A DNA stretch of 64,000 bases from an uncultured Candidatus Saccharibacteria bacterium. GTDB lineage: Bacteria > Patescibacteriota > Minisyncoccia > UBA6257 > UBA9933. Under the pieces are notes generated by a model. The model searched no databases, was not told the origin of the DNA, and was given only the letters and a program-made list of their open reading frames with translations. The stretch is from assembly GCA_964642155.1 (NCBI GenBank), contig CAZXNT010000001.1, positions 65,238 to 129,237 on the forward strand. Direction: 5' to 3'. Below are positions 9,249 to 19,676 of this stretch, piece after piece; within the stretch, counting starts at the first letter, position 1, and the number at the start of each line of letters is the position of its first letter. A program made the position numbers and the translations under genes.

Positions 9249-11120
9249 TCAATACTCAATATAACGCTCTTCGTCGTCCAGAAAATCGCTTAATGTTTCA
9301 AATTTATCGCGATTATTACTTGTAAACTCCACTGTTTCCGGAGCGATTTCATAAAGAAAACGCGAGGGGAAATTATAGAAATTTAAAAATAATTCTTTTT
9401 TGGCGCGTGTCATCGCCACATACATCAAACGGCGCTCTTCTTCAATTTCTTCATCATTATGATATGACATTTGGTGCGGCAACAGTCCTTCATTACAACC
9501 AACGATAAAAACCGCGTCAAATTCAAGCCCTTTGGCCAAATGAATCGTCATTAAATTTATAATATTTTGAGATTTATCTACTAATAGGCGAGATTGAGAA
9601 TCTAAAATTTGAGATTTTTTTATGGCATCACTTGATTGAAAAAGCGAGATTTTTTCAAGAAAATCTTGCAAATTATTGAATTCCGAAGCATAATAAATAA
9701 GTTCATTAATGTTTTCCTCGCGTTCGCGAAAATTATCGTAATTCTTTTTTAATTGGTTTAAATATCCTGTGATTTCCAAAATAAAGCTAATTAACTCAAC
9801 TGGCGGAAGTTTTCCGGTCATTTTCGGAATTTTATCTTGAATTTCCAAAAATGGTTTTTTCAAAAAATTGGTTTTTATTCTCTCAAAACTGACCGTATCG
9901 TTCGGATTAAACGCCCAACGAAGAACCGCCACAATGTCTTTAATTTCTTTGCGTTCATAAAATTTCACGCCGCCGAAAATCTTATAAGCGATGTCGTTTT
10001 CAATAAACGCGCTTTCAATGGCGCGCGACTGCGCGTTAGTGCGATAAAGTATGGCGATAGATTTATTAGAAATTGCCTCCCTTCGGGAGGTCTCCCGCAG
10101 GGAGAGAAATTGGAAATTGGAAATTTTTTCCGCTATCCACTCCGCTTCCCCGTCTTCATCATAATGTTCAATCGCTTTTACCAAATTGCCATCGTCATTT
10201 TCCGTCCAAAGATTTTTATGCTTTTGAAATTTATTTTTGGCTATCAAAGAAGAGGCAGCCTTGATGATGTTGCCGGTTGAACGATAATTTTGTTCTAAAA
10301 AAACGGTTTTTGTTTTCGGCCAATCTTTTTCAAAATTCAAAAAAATTTTAAAATCCGACCCCCTAAATTTATAAATTGACTGTTGGTCGTCTCCGACAAC
10401 GCTTAAATTTTTATGTCCACTAGCCAATAATTTTACAAAAACATATTGCGCCGTATTTGTATCCTGAAATTCGTCAACAAGAATATAACGGAATTTTTTC
10501 TGATATTTTTCAAGAATATCCGGATGATTTTTAAAAATTTTTACCGGCTCCGTGATTAAATCGTCAAAATCAAAAGCATTATTTCTCCGCAGGGTCGTTT
10601 CATATTCCTTAAAAAGAAATTTGACAGTATCATCTTCACTCTCGGGATCGGATAATTCACTTTTAATCCGTGAAAATTCTTTTCGTAAAAATAACGGGTT
10701 AACCTCCTTCTTTTTTTCGTATTCCGAAAAATTAAGATTTTTAACAATTGTTTTTATGAGCCGGAGTGAGTCATCGCCGTCAAAAATGGAAAAATTCGGC
10801 GTTCGGCCGACAAATTTAACTTCGTTTTTTAAAATTCGCGCCCCGAGAGAATGGAAAGTGCCGATGAACGGCTGAACTTTATTTTTTATTCTTAATTCAT
10901 TATTCATTATTCTATTTTTCATTTCTTCCGCCGCCTTATTGGTAAAAGTGATGGCCACAACGCTCTCTGGATCAACTCCGGAAGCCAAAATAGCCGCCAA
11001 ACGGCTGGTTAAAGCCCTGGTTTTCCCGCTTCCGGCTCCGGCAACTATCAAAATCGTCCCCTCTAAGTTTTCCACAGCCTCCTGTTGCTTTTTGTTAAGG
11101 CTTTGATATAATGGGTTCAT
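9249..11120 (-). CDS. uvrD: ATP-dependent DNA helicase UvrD/PcrA family
   Basis: Q-motif and Walker A LNKKQQEAVENLEGTILIVAGAGSGKTRALT. UvrD blocks FTNKAAEEM and YRSTGNII. The likely start is MNPLYQSL at 11120 rather than the ORF-track 11225. Contains an in-frame hairpin element at about 10069-10127. Confidence 0.85.
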   Translation of the reverse strand: MNPLYQSLNKKQQEAVENLEGTILIVAGAGSGKTRALTSRLAAILASGVDPESVVAITFTNKAAEEMKNRIMNNELRIKNKVQPFIGTFHSLGARILKNEVKFVGRTPNFSIFDGDDSLRLIKTIVKNLNFSEYEKKKEVNPLFLRKEFSRIKSELSDPESEDDTVKFLFKEYETTLRRNNAFDFDDLITEPVKIFKNHPDILEKYQKKFRYILVDEFQDTNTAQYVFVKLLASGHKNLSVVGDDQQSIYKFRGSDFKIFLNFEKDWPKTKTVFLEQNYRSTGNIIKAASSLIAKNKFQKHKNLWTENDDGNLVKAIEHYDEDGEAEWIAEKISNFQFLSLRETSRREAISNKSIAILYRTNAQSRAIESAFIENDIAYKIFGGVKFYERKEIKDIVAVLRWAFNPNDTVSFERIKTNFLKKPFLEIQDKIPKMTGKLPPVELISFILEITGYLNQLKKNYDNFREREENINELIYYASEFNNLQDFLEKISLFQSSDAIKKSQILDSQSRLLVDKSQNIINLMTIHLAKGLEFDAVFIVGCNEGLLPHQMSYHNDEEIEEERRLMYVAMTRAKKELFLNFYNFPSRFLYEIAPETVEFTSNNRDKFETLSDFLDDEERYIEY

Positions 11121-11169
11121 TAGTACAATAGTAAGCAAAATTAAATATTTAGCAAATAAAGCGGAAAAA

Positions 11170-11808
11170 ATGAGATTTGACTGCCTCGCTATGCTCTGGT
11201 GGGGACTTTTAATTTTAGCGGTCATTACGGTAAATTTCGCTTCAAATAAGGCTAATTTGAACGTTTCTTTTGTTAAAAACAGTCTCGGTGGTCCGAGCGA
11301 AGAATATCAGCGCCAACATCAAGACGCTCTTTTGGCAGCCACGGCATTAGCGCAAGGAATTCCGGAAGAAACTTCCCAAAACACCTATTCCGACGCTCTT
11401 AATACCAAAAATTCTCCAATTAATCAAAAAATCAATAAAAAATCAAATAAATTACGGATTTCCCCTCCGACTATCGGCTGGAATTGGGGACAATTACACA
11501 CTTTTAACGCCGTTGACATTGCCAACCGTTGTGGCACGCCAATATACGCGGTAAAAGACGGAATTATCACTGAAATAAATGACGATAATAGTTGGAATAA
11601 CGGTTATGGAAATTCCATTACTATGGAGCATTCAAATAATATTGAAACGCTTTATGCGCACCTTGAAAAAGTTCAAACTCAAATCGGCCAATACGTAAAA
11701 GAGAAAGAGCTTATCGGTTATATGGGCAGTACCGGCAATACGGACGGCCCGACTGGCTGCCACCTCCATTTTGAAGTTCACGGCGCGGAAAACCCGTTGG
11801 CAAATTAA
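11170..11808 (+). CDS. M23 family metallopeptidase (lysostaphin-like), secreted
   Basis: N-terminal hydrophobic segment. Catalytic motif LYAHLEKV...GYMGSTGNTDGPTGCHLHFEVH (HxH). Confidence 0.8.
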   Translation: MRFDCLAMLWWGLLILAVITVNFASNKANLNVSFVKNSLGGPSEEYQRQHQDALLAATALAQGIPEETSQNTYSDALNTKNSPINQKINKKSNKLRISPPTIGWNWGQLHTFNAVDIANRCGTPIYAVKDGIITEINDDNSWNNGYGNSITMEHSNNIETLYAHLEKVQTQIGQYVKEKELIGYMGSTGNTDGPTGCHLHFEVHGAENPLAN

Positions 11809-13382
11809 CTCTTCTCTCTCACCCTATATTGAAATGCCTCCGCCAAGTGATTGCCTTTTATTTTTTCCGAATTTTCCAAATCGGCGATTGTTTGAGCGAT
11901 TTTTAAAACTCGGTAATATCCCCTGGCGGAAATAAAAGATTTTTCCATTATATTTTTTAATACTGATTCCGCGTCATCGGCCAACGCAACTATTTCATCA
12001 ACCATTTTTGAACTCATTTCGGAGTTTAAATAAATTTTCGGCCTAGTTTTCACAAAACGATTCTTCTGAATTTCACGCGCTTTTAAAACCGCCTCTTTTA
12101 TTTTTTTATTAATATTATTATCGCGGCTCGGCGCTTCTTTTCTTAATTCTTCTATTTTTATTCGTGGCACTTCAATTTGAATATCAATTCTATCCAGAAG
12201 CGGACCGGAAATTTTCTTTTGATAACGAAAAACTTCGTTCGCCGTGCATTGGCATTCTTTTTCCGGCGTTTCAACTCCGAAATAACCGCAAGGGCAAGGA
12301 TTCATCGCCGCCACCAAAGAAAATTTCGCCGGAAAATCAAGTGAGCCCTTGGCGCGAGAAATACAAACATTACCGCTTTCCAATGGCTGACGTAAAGATT
12401 CTAAAAGGTCGCGGCGAAATTCCGGAATTTCATCAAGAAACAAAACTCCCCGATGCGCCAAACTTATTTCTCCGGGCTTGGGATTCGCTCCGCCACCAAT
12501 AACCGAAACCATTGAAGCTGAATGGTGTGGCGCCCGAAACGGCCTAAAATTCACGAACGGATTATTGCCCAAAGCGCCAGCAGCGCTGTAAATCTGCGTT
12601 GTTTCAATGATTTCGTCTAGCGAAGGCAAAGGTAAAATCGAAACTAAGGCCTGAGCCAACATTGTTTTGCCGGCTCCCGGCGGTCCAAACATTAAGATAT
12701 TATGTCCGCCGGCAGCCGCTACCGTTAAAGCCCGCTTGGCGCTTTCCTGCCCCTTAATGTCCGAAATATTAACTAACGACTCTTCATTTGTTGAATCAAA
12801 TTCAATCTTGAACGGCTTTTGAAAAACCATTTCTTTTCTTTCTTCAAGAAAATCAATCAATTCAATTAAATTTGAAACTGGAACAATATTTATTCCTTTT
12901 ATAATCGCGGCTTCAGCCGCGTTTTCTTTCGGTAAAAATAAAAATTTAAATCCGAGTTTTTTTGCCAAACGGCTGATGCTTAAACTTCCGGAAATCTGCC
13001 TTAATCCCCCGTCTAAAGAAAGTTCGCCGATGAAAATTTTATCCTTAGTTTCAAAATTTTTAATTTGTTTAGTGGCCAGTAAATAGCCGGTGGCAATCGC
13101 CAAATCGTATTGCGAACCGGTTTTTTTAATGTCAGCCGGCGCGAGATTAACCGTAATTTTTCTGTTTTCTTTTGTCGGCGGCTTGATGCCGGAATTTTTT
13201 AAAGCCGAACTTACGCGCTCTTTCGCCTCTTTCAACGCCCTATCTGCCAAACCGACTATATTAAACGAATGAAGACCGACGTTAATGTCGGTCTCCACTT
13301 CAATAAGCCTGGCGTTAATTCCTTCAAGTTCAGCTGAATAAACTTTAGAGAAATTTTTCATAGTATTCGCGAATAATGCCAA
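11805..13382 (-). CDS. comM: YifB/ComM family Mg-chelatase-like AAA+ ATPase
   Basis: Walker A MFGPPGAGKTMLAQAL. Overall ComM-like layout. C4 cluster CPCGYFG...CQC. Confidence 0.85.
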   Translation of the reverse strand: MALFANTMKNFSKVYSAELEGINARLIEVETDINVGLHSFNIVGLADRALKEAKERVSSALKNSGIKPPTKENRKITVNLAPADIKKTGSQYDLAIATGYLLATKQIKNFETKDKIFIGELSLDGGLRQISGSLSISRLAKKLGFKFLFLPKENAAEAAIIKGINIVPVSNLIELIDFLEERKEMVFQKPFKIEFDSTNEESLVNISDIKGQESAKRALTVAAAGGHNILMFGPPGAGKTMLAQALVSILPLPSLDEIIETTQIYSAAGALGNNPFVNFRPFRAPHHSASMVSVIGGGANPKPGEISLAHRGVLFLDEIPEFRRDLLESLRQPLESGNVCISRAKGSLDFPAKFSLVAAMNPCPCGYFGVETPEKECQCTANEVFRYQKKISGPLLDRIDIQIEVPRIKIEELRKEAPSRDNNINKKIKEAVLKAREIQKNRFVKTRPKIYLNSEMSSKMVDEIVALADDAESVLKNIMEKSFISARGYYRVLKIAQTIADLENSEKIKGNHLAEAFQYRVREKS

Positions 13383-13438
13383 TTTTTTATCAATAATGCG
13401 AATAAATTATTAGCATTATTTGCGAGCAATTCGCATTA

Positions 13439-13759
13439 TTAGCGATTACTCTTGCATTCCCGGCACAATTTTGATTCCGGGCTTATTCCAAGAATTTCCG
13501 CGGAGATTTCTTTTTTACAATTTTCGCAAACTCCGTATTTGCCATTATTGATTTTTTCCAAAGCCGATTCAATATCAGATAAACGCTCTTTTAAAGTTTG
13601 GACAATGGACATCACGTTGCCGTATTCTTCGGATTCATCGGTTTCTTCATCCGGGTCCACATCGCTGCCGAAATCGGCAATCCCTTTGTGTTTTTTTAAT
13701 TCTTCCAAAACTTCCTGTTTTTCTTTTTCAAGTTTTTGTTTAAATTCAATGGTATTCAT
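13439..13759 (-). CDS. DksA/TraR family C4 zinc-finger protein
   Basis: C-terminal CENCKKEI...CRECK C4 motif preceded by an acidic coiled coil. Confidence 0.65.
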   Translation of the reverse strand: MNTIEFKQKLEKEKQEVLEELKKHKGIADFGSDVDPDEETDESEEYGNVMSIVQTLKERLSDIESALEKINNGKYGVCENCKKEISAEILGISPESKLCRECKSNR

Positions 13760-13769
13760 AAATTATAAA

Positions 13770-14114
13770 TTACAACAATTTCAATGCCAAATTATACGCT
13801 AAAAATCCCAATCCCGCAACCGCTATTATCATGATTACAACTATAATTATTATTTTTAACGAAGACTTGGCTTTGGTAACTTCGCCGGCTGTCGCCCTCA
13901 CTTCTCCCGTAGACGCGAAAATTCCTTGTTCCGAACCAACATATCCCGGCACGCCAATATTAATTTTCATTTCCTCAACAGCCGCCGGTTTTTTATCTTC
14001 GGCTAATTTTACAAACTGCATAGAAGTCGCGTCGCCGCCGCTGGCTTTAATCGCCGCAATGTCGGACTTCATTGTCCTGATTTCAATATCCTGATTTTGA
14101 GAATTATTTTCCAT
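13770..14114 (-). CDS. hypothetical tail-anchored membrane protein
   Basis: ORF with a C-terminal TM helix (IIIIVVIMIIAVAGLGFLAY). No recognisable family. Confidence 0.35.
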   Translation of the reverse strand: MENNSQNQDIEIRTMKSDIAAIKASGGDATSMQFVKLAEDKKPAAVEEMKINIGVPGYVGSEQGIFASTGEVRATAGEVTKAKSSLKIIIIVVIMIIAVAGLGFLAYNLALKLL

Positions 14115-14150
14115 TTTTGAATTATATTCAAATTTTTAAAATCACGCAAA

Positions 14151-15056
14151 TTATCTTCTTCTCCTGCCATGAAACGCTTTATGAACTTCGCGAAGTTCTT
14201 TATTGGTTAAGTGAGTATAAATTTGAGTTGTTGAAATATTGGAGTGGCCGAGCAATTCCTGCACCGAGCGCAAGTCCGCTCCGCCGATTAAAAGGTCAGT
14301 GGCAAATTGATGACGCAACTGATGAGGAGATATTCTTTCAAAAATTCCGGCTTTACGACTGTAAAAATCAACTAATCTTTGCGCCGTTCTCGGTAAAATT
14401 CTACCGATAATTTTAGAAGAATTTTTATTCAAACTGATAAATAACGCTTCTTCAATATCTCCACGCTTATCCAAATAATTTTTAAGCGCTTTTTTGGCGC
14501 GTTCGGAAAGAAAAACTACTCGTATTTTGCCGCCTTTGCCACGAACCGTGATTTCACCGCGGTCAATGTCTATGCGCCTATCCAGCGAACAAAGTTCGGA
14601 AATGCGCAAACCGGTTGAAAACAACATTTCCAAAATAGCCTTATCCCGCAAAGATTTTAAATCATCTCCCTGCGGCGCGTTAAGCAACCGTTCCATGTCT
14701 TTATACTCAACTATCTTAATCTGGCGTTCGGGAATTTTCGGCAATTCAATTTTATCCGGCGACAAAACATTATAATCATTTTTAATCAAATATTTTAAAA
14801 AATTCCTTAAAGCGATAATATAATAAGATTGCGTCGTTTTTTTAAGATATTCTCCCTTTTCATTCTTCATTCGTGCCAAATGCAACCGAAAATTTTTTAT
14901 CTTATCAACATCAATGTTTTTTTCGCTTTTAATTCCGCTAAATTTAAAAAAAACTTTAAGATAACGCTCGTAATTTTCCCGCGTTTTTAAAGAACGATTT
15001 TTTTCTATTTCAAGATAATCAAGATAATTTTGAAAAAGATTTTTAATGTCCGCCAT
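14151..15056 (-). CDS. xerD: tyrosine site-specific recombinase XerC/XerD
   Basis: Catalytic box ISPHQLRHQFATDLLIGGADLRSVQELLGHSNISTTQIYTHL with R..H..R..Y. Confidence 0.85.
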   Translation of the reverse strand: MADIKNLFQNYLDYLEIEKNRSLKTRENYERYLKVFFKFSGIKSEKNIDVDKIKNFRLHLARMKNEKGEYLKKTTQSYYIIALRNFLKYLIKNDYNVLSPDKIELPKIPERQIKIVEYKDMERLLNAPQGDDLKSLRDKAILEMLFSTGLRISELCSLDRRIDIDRGEITVRGKGGKIRVVFLSERAKKALKNYLDKRGDIEEALFISLNKNSSKIIGRILPRTAQRLVDFYSRKAGIFERISPHQLRHQFATDLLIGGADLRSVQELLGHSNISTTQIYTHLTNKELREVHKAFHGRRRR

Positions 15057-16046
15057 TTATTTTCTTTTTATGGCGCACTTCGCCGCTTTAATAATACTTT
15101 CCACACCCAAGCCATATTTTTCAATTAATTCTTCGGGCTTGCCGCTTTCGCCGAAACAATCCTGCATTCCGATAAATTCCATCGGCACCGGATAATTCTT
15201 TGCCAAAACTTCCGCCACCGCTCCGCCTAATCCTCCTAAAACATTATGTTCTTCCACGCTCACGACAGCCCCGCATTTTTTCGCAAGTTCAATGATTTTT
15301 TTATCGTCAATCGGCTTAATGGTATGATTATTTAAAACAATTGTTCCAATGTCTTCTTTTTCCAATTCTTTCGCCGCTTGCAAAGCATTATGCAAAACAG
15401 GGCCACAGCCGATTATAACGACTTGCGGTTTTTTAGATTGCCAAAAAATTTCCGCTTTTCCGGGAACAAACGGTGTTTCTTCGGTCGTAATAACCGTTGT
15501 TTTCTCGCGGGCAAAACGCAAATAAACCGGTCCCCAGATTTGCGCGACGGCGATTGTGGCTTTTTTCGCTTCAATCGCATCACAAGGAACAATCACTTTC
15601 ATATTCGGCATCGCCCGCATAGTGGTAATATCTTCAATCGCCTGATGAGTAGCGCCGTCCGGCCCCACGGAAACGCCGGCATGCGCACCGCCGATTTTCA
15701 CATTAGAATCGTTATAAGCGATTGTCGTTCTAATTTGCTCCCAATTTCTGCCCGGAGAAAAAACTGCGTAAGAAGAAATAAAAGGAATTTTTCCGGAAAC
15801 GCCCAAGCCGGCCGCTATTGCCGCCATATTCTGTTCAGCCACGCCCATTTCAAAAAATCTTTCCGGAAATTTTTTCGCAAACCAATGGCTCCGCGTCGAT
15901 TCTTTTAAATCCGCGCATAAGACAACAACATTTTTATTTTCCTCGCCGGCAATTAAAAGCCCTTCACCGTATCCGTCGCGCGTCGGTTTTTTTGCCGCAT
16001 CCTTTTCAAAAATTTTATTATTTAATTTTATTTCTTGATTAATCAT
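15057..16046 (-). CDS. tktB: transketolase, C-terminal (pyrimidine-binding) subunit
   Basis: Split transketolase. Pyr-binding and C-terminal domains. Sits immediately downstream of the N-terminal subunit gene. Confidence 0.85.
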   Translation of the reverse strand: MINQEIKLNNKIFEKDAAKKPTRDGYGEGLLIAGEENKNVVVLCADLKESTRSHWFAKKFPERFFEMGVAEQNMAAIAAGLGVSGKIPFISSYAVFSPGRNWEQIRTTIAYNDSNVKIGGAHAGVSVGPDGATHQAIEDITTMRAMPNMKVIVPCDAIEAKKATIAVAQIWGPVYLRFAREKTTVITTEETPFVPGKAEIFWQSKKPQVVIIGCGPVLHNALQAAKELEKEDIGTIVLNNHTIKPIDDKKIIELAKKCGAVVSVEEHNVLGGLGGAVAEVLAKNYPVPMEFIGMQDCFGESGKPEELIEKYGLGVESIIKAAKCAIKRK

Positions 16047-16109
16047 TAATTTAAAATTACATTACGACTGCTATCGCAGGTGTAATGTAATTATTAAAAT
16101 TTTTAATTA

Positions 16110-16970
16110 TTATTCATGTTCGGATTTAATCTGGCCTCCCAATGTCCGTAATTCATTTAATGCTTTTTTCGCCTGTTCTTTATCCGGAGGAATGCCGTGC
16201 CACAAATAATCCTGCTCCATAAAACTCACGCCCTTGCCGGGAATTGTATGTGCGATAATTACAGTCGGTTTTTCAAAAATCGCCTTAGCTTCATTACAAG
16301 CGTCAACAATCTGTTCAATATTATGACCGTCAATTTCCAAAACATGCCAGCGGAACGCTTCGTATTTTTCTTTCAAAGATTCCAATGGCATGACATCTTC
16401 GGTAAATCCGTCTATCTGGATATTATTTCTGTCAATAATCGCCGTAATATTACTTAATCTGTTTTTTCCGATAAACATCGCCGCTTCCCAAGTATTGCCA
16501 CAATTCTGCTCGCCATCGGACATTAAAGAATAAATCCGATGTTTTTTATTATCTAATTTAGCAGCCAAAGCAAAGCCTGCGGATTGCGACAATCCCGAGC
16601 CCAAAGGCCCGGAAGTTGTTTCAACTCCCGGCAAAGCGCCGCGGTGCGGATGCCCCTGCAAGCGCGAATTTAATTTTCGCAAAGTTTTCAATTCTTCTAT
16701 ATCAAAATATCCGACTCGCGCCAATGTCGCATATTGAACCGGACAAATATGTCCGTTTGATAAAATTAATCTATCCCTGTCCGGCCAAACCGGATTTTTT
16801 GGATCATGATTTAAAATATGAAAATATAAGGCTGTAAAAACATCGGCCATTCCCAAAGGCCCGGCTGAATGACCCGAACCGGCCTCAACGAGCATTTCAA
16901 TAATGTTCTGGCGAATTTGATTCGCTGTTTCTTCTAAAAATTTAAGTTTTCTTTCGTGTAATAATTCCAT
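16110..16970 (-). CDS. tktA: transketolase, N-terminal (TPP-binding) subunit
   Basis: GHSAGPLGMADVFTALYF and SNGH ThDP-binding motifs. Confidence 0.85.
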   Translation of the reverse strand: MELLHERKLKFLEETANQIRQNIIEMLVEAGSGHSAGPLGMADVFTALYFHILNHDPKNPVWPDRDRLILSNGHICPVQYATLARVGYFDIEELKTLRKLNSRLQGHPHRGALPGVETTSGPLGSGLSQSAGFALAAKLDNKKHRIYSLMSDGEQNCGNTWEAAMFIGKNRLSNITAIIDRNNIQIDGFTEDVMPLESLKEKYEAFRWHVLEIDGHNIEQIVDACNEAKAIFEKPTVIIAHTIPGKGVSFMEQDYLWHGIPPDKEQAKKALNELRTLGGQIKSEHE

Positions 16971-16972
16971 AT

Positions 16973-17629
16973 TTATATCGCCGCTAATTCTTTATAAACC
17001 TCTTGTGGATTGCCGCTTTCCCAAATATACGAACCGACCGCTAAAATATCAACTTCGGCTTCTTGGCATAATTTCGCGGTTTCCAAATTTATGCCGCCGT
17101 CAACTTCTATTATAACATCGGAAAATTTTTTCTTCAAAAATTTTATCTTATCCAAAACCTGCGGCTGAAATTTCTGACCGGACAATCCGGGATTAACAGC
17201 GAGTATTTGCACAAAATTCCTGCTTCTATTGATAGAAGCAGATAAAAAGGGAATTAAATTTTCAACCGATGTATCGGGATTTATCGCCAACCCGATTTCA
17301 ACGCCACTTAAAACTTTTAAACTTTGAAACTCTAAAACTTTAACTGCTTCCAAATGAACAATTATTCTTCTCGCCCCAGCCTTAATCCAATCGCCAATAA
17401 CCACTAATGGATTTTCAACCATTGAATGAACTTCGAGATTAATTTTCAATTTCCAATTTTCAATTTTCAATTTCTCTAAATCTTTTAGTTGATTCCAAGT
17501 TTTATGCGCAGTAAATTTGCCATCCGCGATATCAATCTGAACCCACTCCGCGCCAAATTCTACGGCTTTTTTTAATTTTTCCGCAACGCAGGCAAAATCG
17601 CCGCAATTTATCGTCGGAATAATTTTCAT
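16973..17629 (-). CDS. rpe: ribulose-phosphate 3-epimerase
   Basis: MKIIPTINCGDFA...VQIDIADGKF and the barrel motifs. Contains an in-frame (CAATTTT)n tract. Confidence 0.8.
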   Translation of the reverse strand: MKIIPTINCGDFACVAEKLKKAVEFGAEWVQIDIADGKFTAHKTWNQLKDLEKLKIENWKLKINLEVHSMVENPLVVIGDWIKAGARRIIVHLEAVKVLEFQSLKVLSGVEIGLAINPDTSVENLIPFLSASINRSRNFVQILAVNPGLSGQKFQPQVLDKIKFLKKKFSDVIIEVDGGINLETAKLCQEAEVDILAVGSYIWESGNPQEVYKELAAI

Positions 17630-17681
17630 TCCAATTAATGATACCGTAATTAAAACAAAACAAAAAGACCGATTACTCGGC

Positions 17682-18311
17682 CTAGTGGAAATTTCTAAAT
17701 TTATTTTTCATTATTATTTTGACATTTTTCATGTCAAAATAATCGGTTTCTTTAAAAAAATCATAATTCATAACGGAAAAAGGGGAGCCGTGATATCCGT
17801 CATAATCTATCGCTCCGAAAAGATGTCCGATTTCATGAGCTATAATCCGCTTTTCAAAAAAAGCGTCATCGCTTACTCCCACTAACGCATAATTTCCCAA
17901 ATATTCAGCCACACCCATCCACCAAAGATAATTTGTCTTTTGATCAGTAAAAGCCACAACAATGTCTATTTCTGGCATTATCTGGAATTTCCTTTTTACT
18001 TCATTAAGCATTGCCCTTTTATCATCACTATCCGACTCCGAACTCCATTCTTCAAAATCTTTCAAAATAAATTTAATTCTAAATTGATTTTCATAAATAA
18101 CCGAGACTTCATTAAATAAATCAACTATTCTTTCTTCCGAATTTTTATTTTTTTGCTTATATTTGTCATCAATAACAACTTTAACAATAATAATTCTAAT
18201 ATATTCATTGCCTATTCCCAAATCTTTGTAAGTAAAAATTTTTTCCGCGACGCAACCGAACATAAAAATAACAAGGGTTAAAATGACTCCCAGTCTTTTC
18301 AAAAATTTCAT
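17682..18311 (-). CDS. lipoprotein zinc metalloprotease (HEXXHXXGXXD, snapalysin-type motif)
   Basis: Lipobox FMFGC. Zinc-binding motif HEIGHLFGAID. Confidence 0.55.
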   Translation of the reverse strand: MKFLKRLGVILTLVIFMFGCVAEKIFTYKDLGIGNEYIRIIIVKVVIDDKYKQKNKNSEERIVDLFNEVSVIYENQFRIKFILKDFEEWSSESDSDDKRAMLNEVKRKFQIMPEIDIVVAFTDQKTNYLWWMGVAEYLGNYALVGVSDDAFFEKRIIAHEIGHLFGAIDYDGYHGSPFSVMNYDFFKETDYFDMKNVKIIMKNKFRNFH

Positions 18312-18353
18312 TTTCTGCCTCCTTATTTAAAAATTAAAGAACGTTTATTTTGT

Positions 18354-19561
18354 CTAAGATTTAACACAATAAACAGGATCGTCGCAATTCACTCTATAAA
18401 TAATTCCATCTTCATCATTTTCGAATAAGAGATTATTTTTATCTTCTAAAATAGCGCCTAAAATATAACTTTGACCGTCATCGCTGATACTATATGAATA
18501 AAATCGAATTGTTTTATCTTTATCTTTAATTAAAATGTCTTTTAAAAAATGCAATGAATTAGCTATGACGAGTGATTTCCCGTCAAATTTCAAATAGTCG
18601 CTTTTTGAAGCACTTGGATAATATTTTTTTGCAAGGTAATAATCGTTTAAATAAATCTGAATTTTGGAAAAATCAGACATCACCTGTTGTGCGGGATGCG
18701 CTTTTTGTTTAATTTTATTAAATCCAATACCAACTACTGACGCAAACAACACAAACAATATTATTAATAACGCTATAATCGCTCCAAATGTCGCGCAAAA
18801 AACAAAAAATCTCTTTTTAGTTTTAATCGGTTGATTAACTAACTCCGGCTTAAGCGAAATTAATGAGCGATATAAAATAAAGGAGTAAGCCACGGCAAAT
18901 GGCAATAATAAGAATGTGTATAAAATCTCATCTACTAATACTAATAAAGTATTATCTATAATATTTTTGTTAAAAATATCAAACGGGGAAATAATCACAA
19001 AACTAATACCAGTTATTATTAATGAACAAATTAATATTCTCCAAAAAATCTTCCACCAACAACCAGCCACATAATCTTTGCTTCTTAGAAGCGCTTGTAG
19101 ACCATATAAATTTTGGTCAATTAAAATATAGGCGGCAAAAATGAACCAGACGCCAAAAATGAAAATTGGAATAATCCCCATTACTAATCCGCCTAAACCA
19201 ATAAAAAAGCCAAGAACAACAAGCCATAAATAAGATTTGAATTTTGAAAGAGCTGATTTATAGGCGGCAATTACACCTAAGGATTCATCACAAAAAGCGC
19301 AAATTAAAGCCAACGGAGTAAATAAAAACAAAATAATAAACCAGCTAATCAGAATTATAAAACCTATTATTACTAAAAATATGTTGCTTTCAAAAACATA
19401 GGTGATTTGCAATAGTACCGAAAAAACAAATGGTAGTAAGCTAATAAAAATTAGTGTCTTAAAGCGATTCTTATATATTAACCAAGAAGACCCAAAAAGT
19501 TGACGGATAGAAATTAAAGATTTATTTGTGTTATTTAATTTTTGAGCTTTGAATTCGTCCA
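18354..19561 (-). CDS. polytopic membrane protein with C-terminal extracytoplasmic domain
   Basis: Multiple TM helices. The likely start is MDEFKAQKL at about 19561. The ORF-track extension to 19631 runs into the duplicated gap 3' fragment. Confidence 0.45.
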
Positions 19562-19583
19562 TTTTTAATTTAATTATATTGTT

Positions 19584-19667
19584 TCCGCCGCTTTCAAAAC
19601 GTGCTTTTTCAGCATTGCCACATATCCCCATTCGTTATCGTACCAGGAAAGAATTTTCACCAAATTC
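19584..19667. repeat. 84-bp direct repeat, identical to 20182-20265 (duplicated 3' end of gap)
   Basis: Identical strings tccgccgctttcaaaacgtgctttttcagcattgccacatatccccattcgttatcgtaccaggaaagaattttcaccaaatt at both positions. The DUF4258/DUF2283 pair lies between them. Confidence 0.9.
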
Positions 19668-19676
19668 TTTTAAAAA

